This document shows, in pieces, positions 9,701-23,120 of a stretch of DNA of 64,000 bases; the first letter of the stretch is position 1, and each line of letters begins with the position of its first letter. The notes beneath the pieces were generated by a model, which made no database searches, was not told the DNA's origin, and worked only from the letters and a program-made list of their open reading frames with translations. Origin of the DNA: Azolla caroliniana (Eukaryota; Plantae; Polypodiophyta); assembly GCA_043228905.1 (NCBI GenBank), contig JBHGNT010000020.1, positions 6,138,001-6,202,000 of the forward strand, read 5' to 3'. A program made the position numbers and the translations under genes.

Positions 9701-12700
9701 ACGTAGACTCCGGCGCGTCAAACCACATGACGAGCCATAAGGAGTGGTTCTCGTACCTCGAAAAACCGATACAACCTGGAGTAGTCGCAACTGGAGACGA
9801 CACTTCGCATCCGATCGCGAATGTCGGAGAAGTTCCCCTTAGCCATGTCGGGCAGAAAGGGAAACTCATGAACGTGCTACACGTTCTGACAATCATGAAA
9901 AACTTGGTCTCGGTCGGATAGATCGTCGACCAAGGGATGGAGGTTCGGTTTACACACCTCGGGTGCTTCATTGAGGAAGAAGGCCGTGTGATTGCGCAAG
10001 GGCACAGAGACGGGAGGATGTTCATCCTCGACTCCACTGACGGCGGCACCGCAATGTTCGCGAAGGGAAGAAAAACCGAGTCGGACATCGACTTGTGGCA
10101 CAAGCAGATAGGCCACGTCAACTACCAGGGGATTCAAGATCTGCAATCGAAACAGGTAGTGTTCGGATTGTCCAAATTTAGTGGCCGAAAGGCACAAATT
10201 TGTGAAGCTTGCCAGCTCGGAAAGCAACACCGACTTCCTTTCCCCAACGAGCAAAACCGGAGACGGAATAAGCTCGACCTTATAAACTCCGATGTATGGG
10301 GGCCGACACAAAACGTTAGTCTTGGCGGGAGCCGATATTTCATCTCCTTCATCGACGACCACACGCGGCACACGTGGATCTACCTCCTTGAGAGAAAGAG
10401 CGAAGTCTTCGACTGTTTCCGTGACCTCAAAGGGTTCGTGGAAACGGAAACAGGACGAAAGATCAAGTGCCTGCGGTCGGATGGCGGAAAAGAGTACTTT
10501 TCCGGTCAATTCAACGGTTATCTACAACAAATGGGAATTCGCCGCGAATTTAGTTGTAGATACACGCCGGAGCAGAACGGTGTGGCCGAGAGGAAGAATC
10601 AGTCAGTTGTGGAAGCGGCACGGGTAATGCTGGAGGAGAAGAGCTTGCCCAAGTTCTACTAGGCCGAGGCGGTAAGGACCGCGGTATACATCCAGAACCA
10701 GATCGGAGACAAGGTGTCGGCGCACGAGCTATACTTCGGAACGAAGCCGAACTTACGACACTTGAGGGTGTTCGGTAGCATTGTGTATGTGCATATACTG
10801 AAGGAGAAAAGGAGGAAGCTGGACGCAAAGACCGAGAAATGCATCTTGGTCGGTTACTTGGACGAGCAGAAGGGTTATAAGTGCTATAACCCTCGCACCA
10901 AACAAGTGCGTGTTAGCCGCGGCGTTGTGGTTGATGAGTCCGTGTCTTGGTACCAGCCCCCGACTCCGAACCCCGATTCCAATCCGTGTTCTGACGATGA
11001 GGTCAGCAAGGCCGAGATGCCTCCGGATGAGCCCGAAATCGAGACACGCGAAGAGAGTCCGATTTCACTCCGCTTAAGTGGACCGATTGGATGACTGAGT
11101 CGGTACGATCAGTCCGATGAAGAGCCGGCGAGTAGTGGAGACTCGACCGTGCATGCCCCGCGCAGGAAGCCGAGGAGACGGCTTATGCACAAAGAGAAAG
11201 GGAAGAAGAAGGTGTCGGATTCTGGCACGGATAAGAATGAGTCAGACCGACGCGAGTCCGACTCCGAGGGAACTGGTGACGGGTCTTTAAAGGTGAAGAC
11301 CGCGTCGACCGAGAAGGCCTTGACATCGGCTAATGTGAGATTACGCCGATCTACCCGCCAGAAGAATCCTGTTTTGCGGTTTGGATACAACAAGTACATG
11401 GCGCATCATTATGCGTACATGACCCGTGTAGCGGAAGTGCGTGAGCTGGAGAGCTACGCAGAAGCGTTTAAAGACGCGAATTGGCGTGCCGCGATGGAAG
11501 AAGAGATGCATGCATTGGTGGAGAACGAGACCTGGGACCTGGTTGACGCACCAAGAGGGGTAAAACCGATCGGGTGTAGGTGGGTGTACAAGGTCAAGTA
11601 CAACACCGATGGCTCGGTCAACCGGTACAAGGCTGGGCTAGTGGCAAAGGGCTACGCGCAGAAACACGACATCGACTACGATGAGACGTTTGCGCCGGTT
11701 GCGAAAATGACGACCGTCCGTGTTTTGCTCGTAGTAGCCGTGGCCAAGGGGTGGCACTTACATCAGATGGATGTAAAGAATGCGTTCCTGCAAGGTGACC
11801 TTGAGGAACAGGTGTACATGGTACAACCCCCCGGATTTCACTCTAGAACGAACTCCTCGGCAGTATGCCGACTAAAGAAGTCCCTTTACGGACTGAAGCA
11901 AGCCCCGCGTGCCTGGAACGCGAAGATCACGCAACAACTGCGTCGGATGGGCTTCGTCACGTCAAAATCGGACTCTTCCATGTTCATCCGGAAAGGTCGA
12001 CTCGGACCGGTTAGTATTTTACTATATGTTGATGACTTGGTCATCACCGGCGCCGACCTAGGTGAAATCGACCGCGTGAAGCTCCAGCTTGCGGCATCGT
12101 TCGACATGAAGGATCTGGGGGACCTTCATTACTTCCTCGGGATCGAAGTGATCTGTACCCTCGACGACATATTGATCAGCCAACGTCATTACGTGCTGGG
12201 TATGCTCTTCAAACTCGGGATGGCCGACTGTAAGTCCGTCTCGACTCCTCTGGACAGAACCATCAAGCTTCGTCTCGATACGGGAAAGGTATGCAACCTG
12301 ACGAGGTTTCGACAAATTGTCGGAAGCCTCATATACTTGACCATCACCCGACCCGACCTCAGTTATCCGGTCGGGGTGATCAGTCAGTTCATGGCGCGAC
12401 CTACCGAGGAGCACCTTTAGTGTGCGCAATGCATACTTCGGTATGTCAACAGCACTAAGGACCGGGGACTGCTATATCGGACCGGTGCAGCCGCGTAGTT
12501 AGTCGGCTACACTGATGCTGATTGGGCTGGCAACGCCGCCGATCGCCGATCCACATCCGGATACGCGTTCTCCCTCGGGAGTGCCGCGATTGCGTGGTGC
12601 AGTAAGAAGCAACCGACAATTGCACTGTCGAGCACCGAAGCTGAGTACCGAGGAGCGGCTGTCGCGACATGCGAAGCCATATGGTTGAAGCGGCTACTTA

Positions 12701-15700
12701 AGGATCTGCACGTGGAGGTGTCAGATCCGACGACGATCTACTGCGACAACCTCAGCAACATCCAGCTCGCGAAGAACCCCGTTTTTCACGCACGGACCAA
12801 GCACATTGAGGTGCACTACCATTTCGTCTGTGAGCGTGTCCTTTCCGGTGAAGTCGAACTTCACTATGTGCCGACGGATCGGCAGACAGCTGACATCTTC
12901 ACAAAGCCGCTTGGTCTGGACAAGTTGCGGCAATTCTCAGGTGCGCTCGGGTTGCGTCACCTCGACGTGCCATACTTGAGGGGGAGAACAGTCCCGAACG
13001 ACCAAGAAAGGCAGCAGGAAAGGAGCGGAGACTGCGACACCGAGTCTGGGTCGGTTGACTCGGTTGTCGAGTTCGAGTTCGGATCGGCTGAAGAAGCCGA
13101 GGGCGGACCCATGGAAAAGTCCGAAAGCGGACAAAAGGGGAGTAGCCGAAGGAGAGAGCCGATGCCAACCACGCATGGGGGAGATGACGCAATCGAGGAC
13201 GAGAAGACCGAAGATGAGTTGGAGACAGCCAACTCGGACGAGAGCGAAAACCGATCGGAAGTAGCCGAGTCGGTTCGGATGTTTGATTCAGATATGCTGA
13301 ATCAACCGAGGCCCAAGCGAAAGAAAAGGCAGCAGGAGAAGCGTCAACATCACAATAGCAGAAGAGTTGATAAGGGCCGCATGAGCAGACAAGCCGACCG
13401 GAAGGGTCGAAGCGCGCGGAGTCGAACAGGTCGAGGAGTGTGAGCGAGGCGTGAAGCCAGGAAGAACCGGAGCTGTGAGCCCGAGGATCCCGAAGAGCCT
13501 CGAGTTGAGCTTGAGGGGGAGTGTTGAGAGACAAGCTCAACATCGGCCTGATCGGCTGAAGAAGCCGAGGACTGGATCGGTTGGGACCGATCGGTTAGGT
13601 CGAGTGCGTAAACCGGGAGGTCGTTAGGAAAGATATTCCGTAAAGAATATATATTTGGGAGTTAGTGTAGGAGCTCTTGATGAGCATTGAAGTACTGTCA
13701 GTACTTCGGTCAGTCCTTCTAGGACTTGTATAAAAGTGTTCACTGAGCACGTCTTATGTACAGACTGAGTATTATTGTTGAATATAGTTCTTGTGTTCTC
13801 TCTCACTCTCTCTGTCTCTCCCACGTATACCGTGTAAGCTCAAGCTCTCCATTAAACCTGAGTTTCCTTCCTTCTGTTCAGTCTTCATACTTGCTTCCGC
13901 ACGCTACTTTTTACATCGATGAACACACTGAAGGTGCTCAACGGTCGGCTTCTACATAAATTGACTGATCACTCCGACTGAATAGCTGATGTGGGGTAAA
14001 GTGATTGTTAAGTATATAAAGCTTCCGACAATTTGCCAGAACCATTTCTCATTGTAGGCCAGTCCGGATTTGGGACGTAGCTTGAGGTTCAGGTCCAAGG
14101 GTGTCAAGACTGGTTAGCATTCTGTCATGCCGAACTGTACAACATATTCAACACATAGTGTCCGGAGAGAGCAATATGTTGTCGGGGGTATGGATCGCTT
14201 CGATCCCGAGGAAGCCTCCACGTCCTTCATTTCGTATGTGACCGACAACGGGGACTTCACTCGGCCGACTTTAGTGAGGTCGGGCCTAGTAACGACCAAG
14301 TTGTTGACATTCAACAAAATGCATACTAGACCTTTCAGACCCGTTCGGATGAACAACAAAGAGTCAAACCTCAAGGCCGCAAATCCCATCTTACACAGCC
14401 GGTGCGTTATCTTTGAATTCCAGGCTCTAGGGGCTTGCTTCAAGCCGCAAAGTGACTTCTTGAATCGGCACACTGCCGACTTGTTCATCTTCGACTGAAA
14501 ACCGGGGGGTTGGATCATATAGACGTGTTCTACAAGATCTCCTTGAAGAAACACATTGTTCACGTTCATTTGGTGAAGATGTCACCCCCTTGCCGCAAGA
14601 ACTGCCAGCACCACACGAACCGTCATCATCTTTGCTATCGGAGCAAAGGTCTCGTCGTAGTCGATTCTGTGGGTTTGTGCATAACCTTTCGCCACTAATC
14701 AGGCCTTGTACTGGTTGGCTGAACCGTTGACATTGTATTTCACCTTGTATACCCGTTTGCAACCGATCGGTTTACAATGTCGAGGAGGGTCAACCAGGTC
14801 TCAGGTCTTGTTGGCATCGAGTGCATGCATTTCTTCCTCCATCGCGGCATGCTAGTTCGCGTCTTTCGCCACTTCTGCGTAGCTCTCTGGATCACACTTT
14901 TGCCACTTTCATCATTTATGCATAGTGATGCACCATGTACTCGTTATATCCATACCGCTTCATGGGGTTCTTCTAGCGGGTCGATCGGCGTAACTTCTCG
15001 TTAGCCAATTTAAGGGCCCTCTTGGGTGACTCAGACTTCGTTTCTGAAGGTCTGTCTTCGTTCTTTCCAGAGTCTGATTCGTTGCGATCTAACTCATCCC
15101 TACCGGTGTTGTATTCCGACACCTTCTTCTTCCCCTTCTCTTTGCGCGTGAATCATCTCCTCAGTTCCTTACGCGGGGACATCACGGCTGAGTTTCCACT
15201 ACTCACCGACTCATCATCCGACTGGTCGTTCTGACTCACTCTTTCATTCAGCCCACTCAACCGGAATGAAATTGGACTCTCTTCTAGAGTGTCGAACTCT
15301 TCTTTCTCTTCTTCTACCCGGATCATTTCGGGCTCACTAACCTCATCCACACTTGCTTCATCCACACTGATCGGGTAGTCAGAGTTGTCGGGGGTCAGCG
15401 TCAGAGTCGGTAAGGAGTACCATGATGCAGACTCATCAAATTAGACATCTCGGTTTACTCGAACTTATTTGGTCTGGGGGTTATAACACTTGTACCCCTT
15501 CTGTTCATGTGAGTAGCCGACTAGGATGCACTTCTCCAACTTCGGGTCCAACTTCCTACTCTTCTCATCCGGCACATGCACATACGCTATGTTGTTGAAT
15601 ACCCTTAGGTATCATCAGTTCATCTTTTGTTCGAAATATAACTCATGTGCCGACACCATATCCCCGATCCGGTTCTAGATGTACACTGCAGTCCAAACCA

Positions 15701-18675
15701 CTTCGGCCCAACAAAACTTGGGCATGCTTTTTTCTCTTCCAACATTACCCGTGCTTCCTCGACGATTGACCGTTTTTTTCTCTTGGCTACGTCATTTTGC
15801 TCCGGCGTATATCTGCACCTCAATTCCCTCTGAATTCCCTTTTGCTACAAATAATTGTTGAATTGGCCGGAAAAGTATTATTTTCTGCCATCCGACTACA
15901 GGCACTTGATCTTCCTTTCTGTTTCCCGTTCGACTAAACTTTGTAAGTTTTGGAACTAGTCGAAAACTTCGCTTTTCTTTTCGATCACATAGATCCATGT
16001 GTGCGGACTGTAGCCGTCGATGAAGGTGACGAAATATTGACTCCCGCCAAGACTAACATTTTGTGTCGGTCCCCAAACATCGGAATGTATTAAGTCAAGC
16101 TTGTTACGGCTCTGGTTTCTTTTGTTGGGAATGGAAACCAATGTTGCTTCCCGAGCTAGCAGGCTTCATAAATTCGGGCCTTTCGGCCATTGAATTTCGG
16201 TAGTTCGAATACAACCTGTTTCGAGTACAGGTCTTGAAGCATTTGATAATTGATGTGGCCAATCCACTTATGCCACATGTCGATATACGACTCAAACTTC
16301 AGTCCTTTTGTGAATAGATCGGTGCCAACATCATTGGTCTCGAGGATAAACATCCTCCCGTCCCGACGCCTTTGCATGATTATCTGGCCTTCATCCTCGA
16401 TGAAGCACGTGAGATGTGTGAATCGTACTTGCATCCCCTGGTCGATGAGTTGCCTGACTGACACTAGGTTCTTCGTAATTGTCAGAACATGTAATATGTT
16501 CCTCAACTTCCCTTTTTGTCCGACATGACTTAAGGGGACTTCTCCGACATGTTCAATCGGGTGTGGGGTGTCGTCTCTAGTTTCGACAACCCCTCGTTAC
16601 TCCGGTTTTTCTAGATACGAGAACCACTCTTTGTGGCTCGCCATATGGTTAGACGCTCCAAATTCAGCGTACCACACTTCATCCGATTGTGGACGTGGTC
16701 TTCTTCATCGGGTTCGCCTTGTGCTTCATCACAAAGGTTGGCCCTTTTTCGGTTTTTCCGGTTCCGGATCCTTCCGATCCTTTTGCGTAGTCCGAGCTCC
16801 GTCAATTCCCTTGCTGGGCCTTGCCGGATCCGGATTTATCCGAATCGGTGCGCTTCTTCCAACACTCACTTTCTCGGTGGCCTTTCTTGCCACAGTACGA
16901 GCATTCCGTATCGGCTTTAGATTGCTGGTTTCCTGTGCCACCTTGACTCCCCCTACTTGTGGAGGGTCTAGAACTGTTGTTGGCACTGTCTCTGTGCCTC
17001 CGATTCTGCTCTTGTCGGTCATTGCTATTGCGTGCCGATCCACCTCGTCCTCCATGCCCAAGGGGCCAATTTGCCTTTGTGTACAACATTCGGTTGTCCG
17101 ACTGAGTGGTCCACGACCTACTCGCATGGTTTTCTTTGACCATCAACATCGATCGCAAGTCTAAGAAGGACGGTGGGTTCTCCTGGGTGCAAATCGTTGT
17201 CCGGATAGGCCCGTACCTTTGCGTTAAACCACCGAGACAAATATGGACCATCTTGTCTTCGTCCACCGTCACGTTGATGAACCCCAGAGCATCACATATC
17301 TCCTTTATTTTGGTGGTATAGTCGGTAACTAACATATCCCGTTGTCGGATGTTGTTGAGCTCTTGTTGGAGCTGCAACTTCAGGGTCGTGGTGCTTGCCT
17401 CGAAAATCTTCTTCAGATTTTCCCAGACTTTCAACGCTTTTGCATCCTTGATGTAGCCGAGCATCTGATCGTGCACGCAGGACGCGAGGCAGTATAATAC
17501 TCAACTTGCTCCTTGCTCCCATGTTGGGAAGTCCTTCTGTGCTGGCTCCGGTGCTACATCATTCGCTCCCTCGACATAGCTCTAGTATCTGTGTCTGAGT
17601 AGGTACTTGTGCATCTTGTATGACCAAGATGCGTAGTTATTTCTGTCGAGCTTCTCCGTTGGTAATGAGCTAGCCATACCTCTGTCCATTCTTTCTTCGG
17701 CTTGCTCTTTTCCGGAAGTTAGGTTTTCTTTGTCTACTTAGCACTTTCTATCAGCAATAGAGGATTTTCAACGCTCACGCTCTGATACCGGATATCAACA
17801 AATGATATGTGCAGGTTTAGGAAGCTTCAAGATATAGAGAGAGTACGCGGGAGAGAAAGATAGAGCAGAACAGTAAACTCTATTTAGAAAAATAACAACA
17901 TTGTAGACTCTGTATATAGAAATGTCCTAGGGGACACTTTTTATACAATTCCTTTAAAGCAGTGACAGAAGTACTGACAAGTACTTCAATTCCCGTACTG
18001 AGCTATTGACACTAACTTCTAGAGACATAAACCTAGTTACTAGGAGCGTGAGCCTCCAACGGCCTATCGGTTCTCACGTGGGTCGGCTCTTTGGTCCGAC
18101 TCTCCGATCCGGCTTTCTGAATCTGGCTCTTGTTACCGGCTGGCAAGAAGGCTTAAGGAGGTCCAAATCAGAGTGTGAAAAGGAATAGTTTATTCGGGAA
18201 CTGTTGTAATGAGTAATCTTAATATATATAGTAATATATGAGAAGATGTGGACGGACGGACCGGAATCGGTATGTCGATCCGGATCCGGACCGATCCCGT
18301 AAAGGTGACGGTTGGCACCGTTTTGTATTTCACACCGGAGACCTATATAAAGGCCCGGTTATATTGTAATCGGAAGCGGATAATTAATAGAGCTTATTGT
18401 CTTAATCTTCTAGTGTTGATTACCGTTCTGTATTCATTGTTATATCTTACGCGTGTTAATTACGGATTGCTAAGTAACCAATTAAGGTCTAATTAAGCGT
18501 TGTGCCGTAAGTCATTCTGCCGTACCACCCTTTGGTGAAGTGTCTTAAGTGGACACCCTGTGTTAGGCTGTTGTCCGGCCCTAGGATTAACATAGTTTTT
18601 GGTGACCACGATTCCTACACAATCGCATTGAACAACGGCAGGAATGGATGACTAGGCCAATAGACAACCCGGTTA

Positions 18676-21600
18676 TGGAGAGAGCACGAAGACTTGCTGA
18701 ACGAAGAAGGCGGCGAGAGGCTTTCCAGCAAGCAGCGGAAGAAATCTGAACAGATCGATCATTTTCCAAAGTGATCTGGAAAGTGGCGGAGGAGTCGCTC
18801 CGTCTGCAACAAAATGCCTACCCGGACGAAGGAAGCAGCTTAAGCAGCCTCCGGGAAGCGGAAACCCTTCTCCAGGCCTTGGCTGGAAGAGATGGCGAAT
18901 CCGAAGCATTTTTGGCGCTGGAATCAGATTCGGAAGGGGGTTATACGCGCACACGAACTATCGCAGCAGTAACGACACCCCAGGAGGACCGGAGGACGAG
19001 GAGTCAGATACATTACCGACACCGGAATCAGAGTTGGCAGACCGGGAACCTCCGGCACTAGACGTGGAGCAACCTCCGGAGATGGAAATAGACCGGCAAA
19101 AACATCCAACACCGGAAGTCGAGCCGGCAACACCAAAGGAAGACCGACAAAGACCTCCGACGCCAACGAAATAATAGGAAAGACCACCGACACCACCAGC
19201 CCGCGTACCGACACCGGACGATGACATGCCGTTCCAGTATAGGGATGATCCGGACGCTGAGGCTCATGTTCACGTGTTTCAACAAACATGGGAGGCGAAC
19301 CATGTGTCACAACGGTTAACCGCGGCAGAAGAGGAACGATTTAAGATAGCCGAATTCGGCGTGAAATTAGAAGGACCGGCCGCCAGATGGCACTGGATGC
19401 AGGATCGCAGCACCATCACCACCTTTGCAGACCTGAAAGACAAATTCTTGCACTTCTTCCAGAAGGATGTGGACCAACGTGAAATGGTGGGCTTATTTTA
19501 TACCATCCGGCAGGACCCTGGGGAGAGCATCCCGCAGTTTGTCATCCGGTTTCAACGGATGCACAGTCAGCTTACCCACGCACCTTCGGAGGAAAAAATG
19601 CGGGCTATATTTTTAGCCGTGCTCCGGGAACCTCTACGAACGGTATGCATGGTCATCGACTTTTGCACAAGCACCGTCGACCAGGTCATCGACCGGGTTA
19701 GAGAAATGGCGAAAACGAGCTCTTGGCTAACAATGGGAGCCCTCCAACGAGCGTTACCAACCGATGAGGATGTCTGGTTCCGGCAAGCAATCCAATGCAT
19801 GACCTGCTTGAATTCCGGACACTCGTCACTGGAGTGCACCATGCGGACGCACTGCTTACTTTGCCAATCTACGAGACACACGATGGACCGGTTCAAATAT
19901 AACTTATTGAATTGGCAAGCACCACCAGTTCGGCAAATTGAGCCACGTAGCAGCCGAGACGAAGAAGACGAATGATGGCAGCGAGAGGAGCGATATTGAC
20001 CGGCACAGGATGTTCGGTATGACGATAGGCGAGACAAATATGACCGGTACAAGAGATATGACAAGTACAAAGATTACAATGGACGGTACGAGCATCACAA
20101 CCGGGATCACTCCCCTGGGTATCACCAACGACGGGAAGATTACGGGAGGTATGACGACCAACCCCGGCAAGGGTACCGCAACAAGAAGAACTTTAATAAA
20201 AAACGGCATTTCAAAAACGGGAGCCACCCATGTGAACCGGAAAAAGGCGCCTCAAGTAGCCAACCGGACCAGAGCCCCGCGGTTACCACAGGGCCTCCAC
20301 CGTATACGGGAAACAATGCCGAATCCAGCAATACCCGGAAAGCATATTGCTATTATTGCCGGTAAGAAGGACATTACAGTAATCAATGTCCGGCAAAGAG
20401 CTATGATAAGCGACCGGTAGTAAACATGGTAGTCGCCGAAGTCGTAGACCTACAGCAGGTCACCACAAGGTCGAAGGGCAAGACGACGGAATGGGAGACA
20501 CAAGAGGCCCTCTGGAAATAGGCAACGAAATGGGTGAAAAAGGCAAATGAGCGAAACGTAGCAGAACTTGTGCAACAAAAGGAGAACACCGAAGAGCTCT
20601 CCGGCGACAGTCAGTCCGAAAACGTGACATGGCAGGTATTGCAAGAATGCCAGATCACGTTGCCGTTAGGACGACTCTTGCAGCTAGTACCAAGATTCAC
20701 AGAAGGACTCAAGTCCGCCATGATGACAGGCGGAACACCACCGGCTCCGGCATTCTTCTCAAATCCGGAGGAGGGACTGGCGGTGGTGGACACCAACAAT
20801 CCGGCAATTACTGCCATTGTGAAATGGAAAGAACTCCCTGACACGATAATAGACGGAGGCTTCGGCGTTAATGTAATAAGCTTTCAGACGTGTGATGCTC
20901 TTGGAATCCAAGAGTGGGAGCCATGTCCGTTCTGGCTCTGAATGGCGGACACAAGCTCGGTGCGACCGATAGGATTAATACAAGACTTAGAAGTAATCAT
21001 CGGGGGCCATACATTCCGAATATCAGCCGTAGTTCTCCAGTTGCAGGCTCAAGGAGCGTACGCATTATTGTTGGGACGCCCTTGGTTAAAGACGGCACAC
21101 ATCAAGCAGAACTGGAGGAGGAATATGATTACGTTCCGGCGGGGAAAAGCAAAGGTACGGGTACCAACACAACCAAGGAAGGGCACCGGAAAGGATCTGA
21201 CATCGTTATATGCGGAGTGCGTCAATATGCTGAAATGATTAGCAGACGAAGAAGAAGATCAGTACTTGCTGGAGAACCCGAAGATTGTACCCCTATTTGA
21301 AATTGACGTCGCCGAAGCGGTATCACCCTACTGACTGCAACCGGACGGAACCGAAGCGGAACTGGATAAAGAAGCAATCCGGGAGTTACGACAAGTGCAG
21401 GAGGCGTTGGAAAGAGAAATGGCCATATCACAGCGCGTAAAAGCGTCTCAATTAGAAGAGGTAAATCTAGGAACGGCGGAGGAGGCAAAACCGGTGCACA
21501 TCGCCAAAGAAATGAATGCAGAGAACAAAACAAAGATAATTACACTCCTCAACGAGTTTCGCGACGTATTTGCCTGGTCTTACGAGGATATGAGAGGGCT

Positions 21601-22487
21601 AGATCCTCAGTTGTATCAGCACCAGATACATATGAGTAAAGACGCCAAGCCGGTAGCACAACGTTGGTACCGGATGAACCCAAACTACGCCGCCAAAGTC
21701 AAGGAGGAAATCGACAAATTGCTGAGGGTTGGCCTCATCCGTCCCGTAAAGAAAGCTACCTGGCTCAGCCCGATCATAGTCGTACCGAAGAAGAACAACA
21801 AAATTAGAGTTTGTGTCGACTACCGGAAGCTCAATGCGGCAACGGTAACAGGAGCATTTCCACTTCCGTTTACGGATGGAGTTTTGGATGCCGTCGCCGG
21901 CCATGAAGTCTACAGTTTCTTAGAAGGATTCAGCGGGTATAATCAGATCCGGATGCACCTTGATGATCAAGAGAAAACGACTTTCGTCACCGAATGGGGA
22001 GTGTTTGTTGCCGTGGTGATGATGTTCGGACTGAAAACGGCACCGACAACATTCCAACGGATCATCATGGAGATCTTTGGCGAATACATACCGGCTTTTA
22101 TGCAGGTATTCCTTGATGACTTCGCCGTCTATAGCCAAGAAGAAGATCATTTGTAGCACCTCCGACTATGTCTAGAGAAGTGTAGGGCGTACCGGCTAAG
22201 CCTGAATCCGGCGAAGTGTGTATTTGGAGTGTCTAGTGGAACGGTACTAGGGCATATTGTGAGCAAGGAAGGCATTGCCGTAGATTCGGACAAAGTGAAA
22301 GCAATCCTGGAAGCACCGGCACCGGCAACGGCGAAGGCATTGAGCCGTTTCTTAGGACAAATCCGCTGGCATAGCCGTATGCTCCGATATTTGGCGGACC
22401 TGGCTACACCTCTGCATGCGGCAGTACACCGAACACCGTTCCAATGGACAGACGTCGAAGACAAGGCGTACCGGGCACTAAAGGTAT
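18676..22487 (+). pseudogene. Gypsy-A gag, protease and RT (disrupted)
   Basis: gag with Cys/His knuckles (CMTCLNSGH..LEC), protease IIDGGFGVNVI, RT WLSPIIVVPKK..RVCVDYRKLN, FSGYNQI, MFGLKTAP, VFLDDF; several stops. Confidence 0.9.
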
Positions 22488-22842
22488 TGTTGGGAGACAG
22501 GTCCCTCCGGATGGTGAGGAGTACCCGGATACGGAGAGCCGGATGGTGCAGACCCGGTGAGAACCGGATGAGGAGTACCCGGCTACGGAGAGCCGGATGG
22601 TGCAGACCTGGTGAGAACCGGATGACGAGTGCCCGGCAAGATCCGGATGATGCAGGCTTGGTGAGGAGCGCTCTCCGGATGAAGAGACATATTTGTAAAT
22701 ATGTTTCTGAGAGTCCATCGTGGCTATATTTGTAAATAGCCGAAAAGTCATATTAGTATAAATATGACTTAGGGCAAACTTTTATGTGGTGTTGTTGTCA
22801 TTCTCGTTAGTGAAAGGAGAGAGAGAGTATGCAATTGTGTAC

Positions 22843-22874
<32 letters not shown>

Positions 22875-23120
22875 GTCGTTGCCTCTGTGAACTCACTATT
22901 GTACATTCTAACATAGTGATAGTTTGCAGCCTGTGGGCTGCTGTGGTTTTTCCCTCAGTTTGGGTTTTCCACGTAAACATCTTGTGTACTCGTCTCCTCT
23001 TCGTGTTGTTCATTATTTCCCGTTTTCTGTGTATGATTCTAAGCTCAGTTGTGGCCGAGCGTTGTGCATAAGGAGCGTTGAGTTCCCGTCAAGTGGTATC
23101 AGAGCGAAACGACACAGAAA

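Larger units (their letters stand above)
7432..13443 (+). pseudogene. Copia gag-PR-INT-RT-RNase H polyprotein of B2, disrupted by stops and a solo LTR
   Basis: gag (KLDRTNYVSWSYKM), protease YVDSGASNHM split at 8385/9701, integrase (SDVWGP, LRSDGGKEY, QNGVAER), RT (QMDVKNAFL, LYVDDL), RNase H ([12 protein letters not shown]). Copia domain order. Confidence 0.92.
7016..13915 (+). mobile_element. Full-length Copia family-B element B2
   Basis: LTRs 7016-7359 and 13522-13915 (the 5' copy lacks 50 bp between GAGG microhomologies). TSD TCGAT (7011-7015 / 13916-13920). PBS TGGTATCAGAGC 7360-7371 (tRNA-iMet). PPT TTGAGGGGGAG 13511-13521. Confidence 0.95.
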
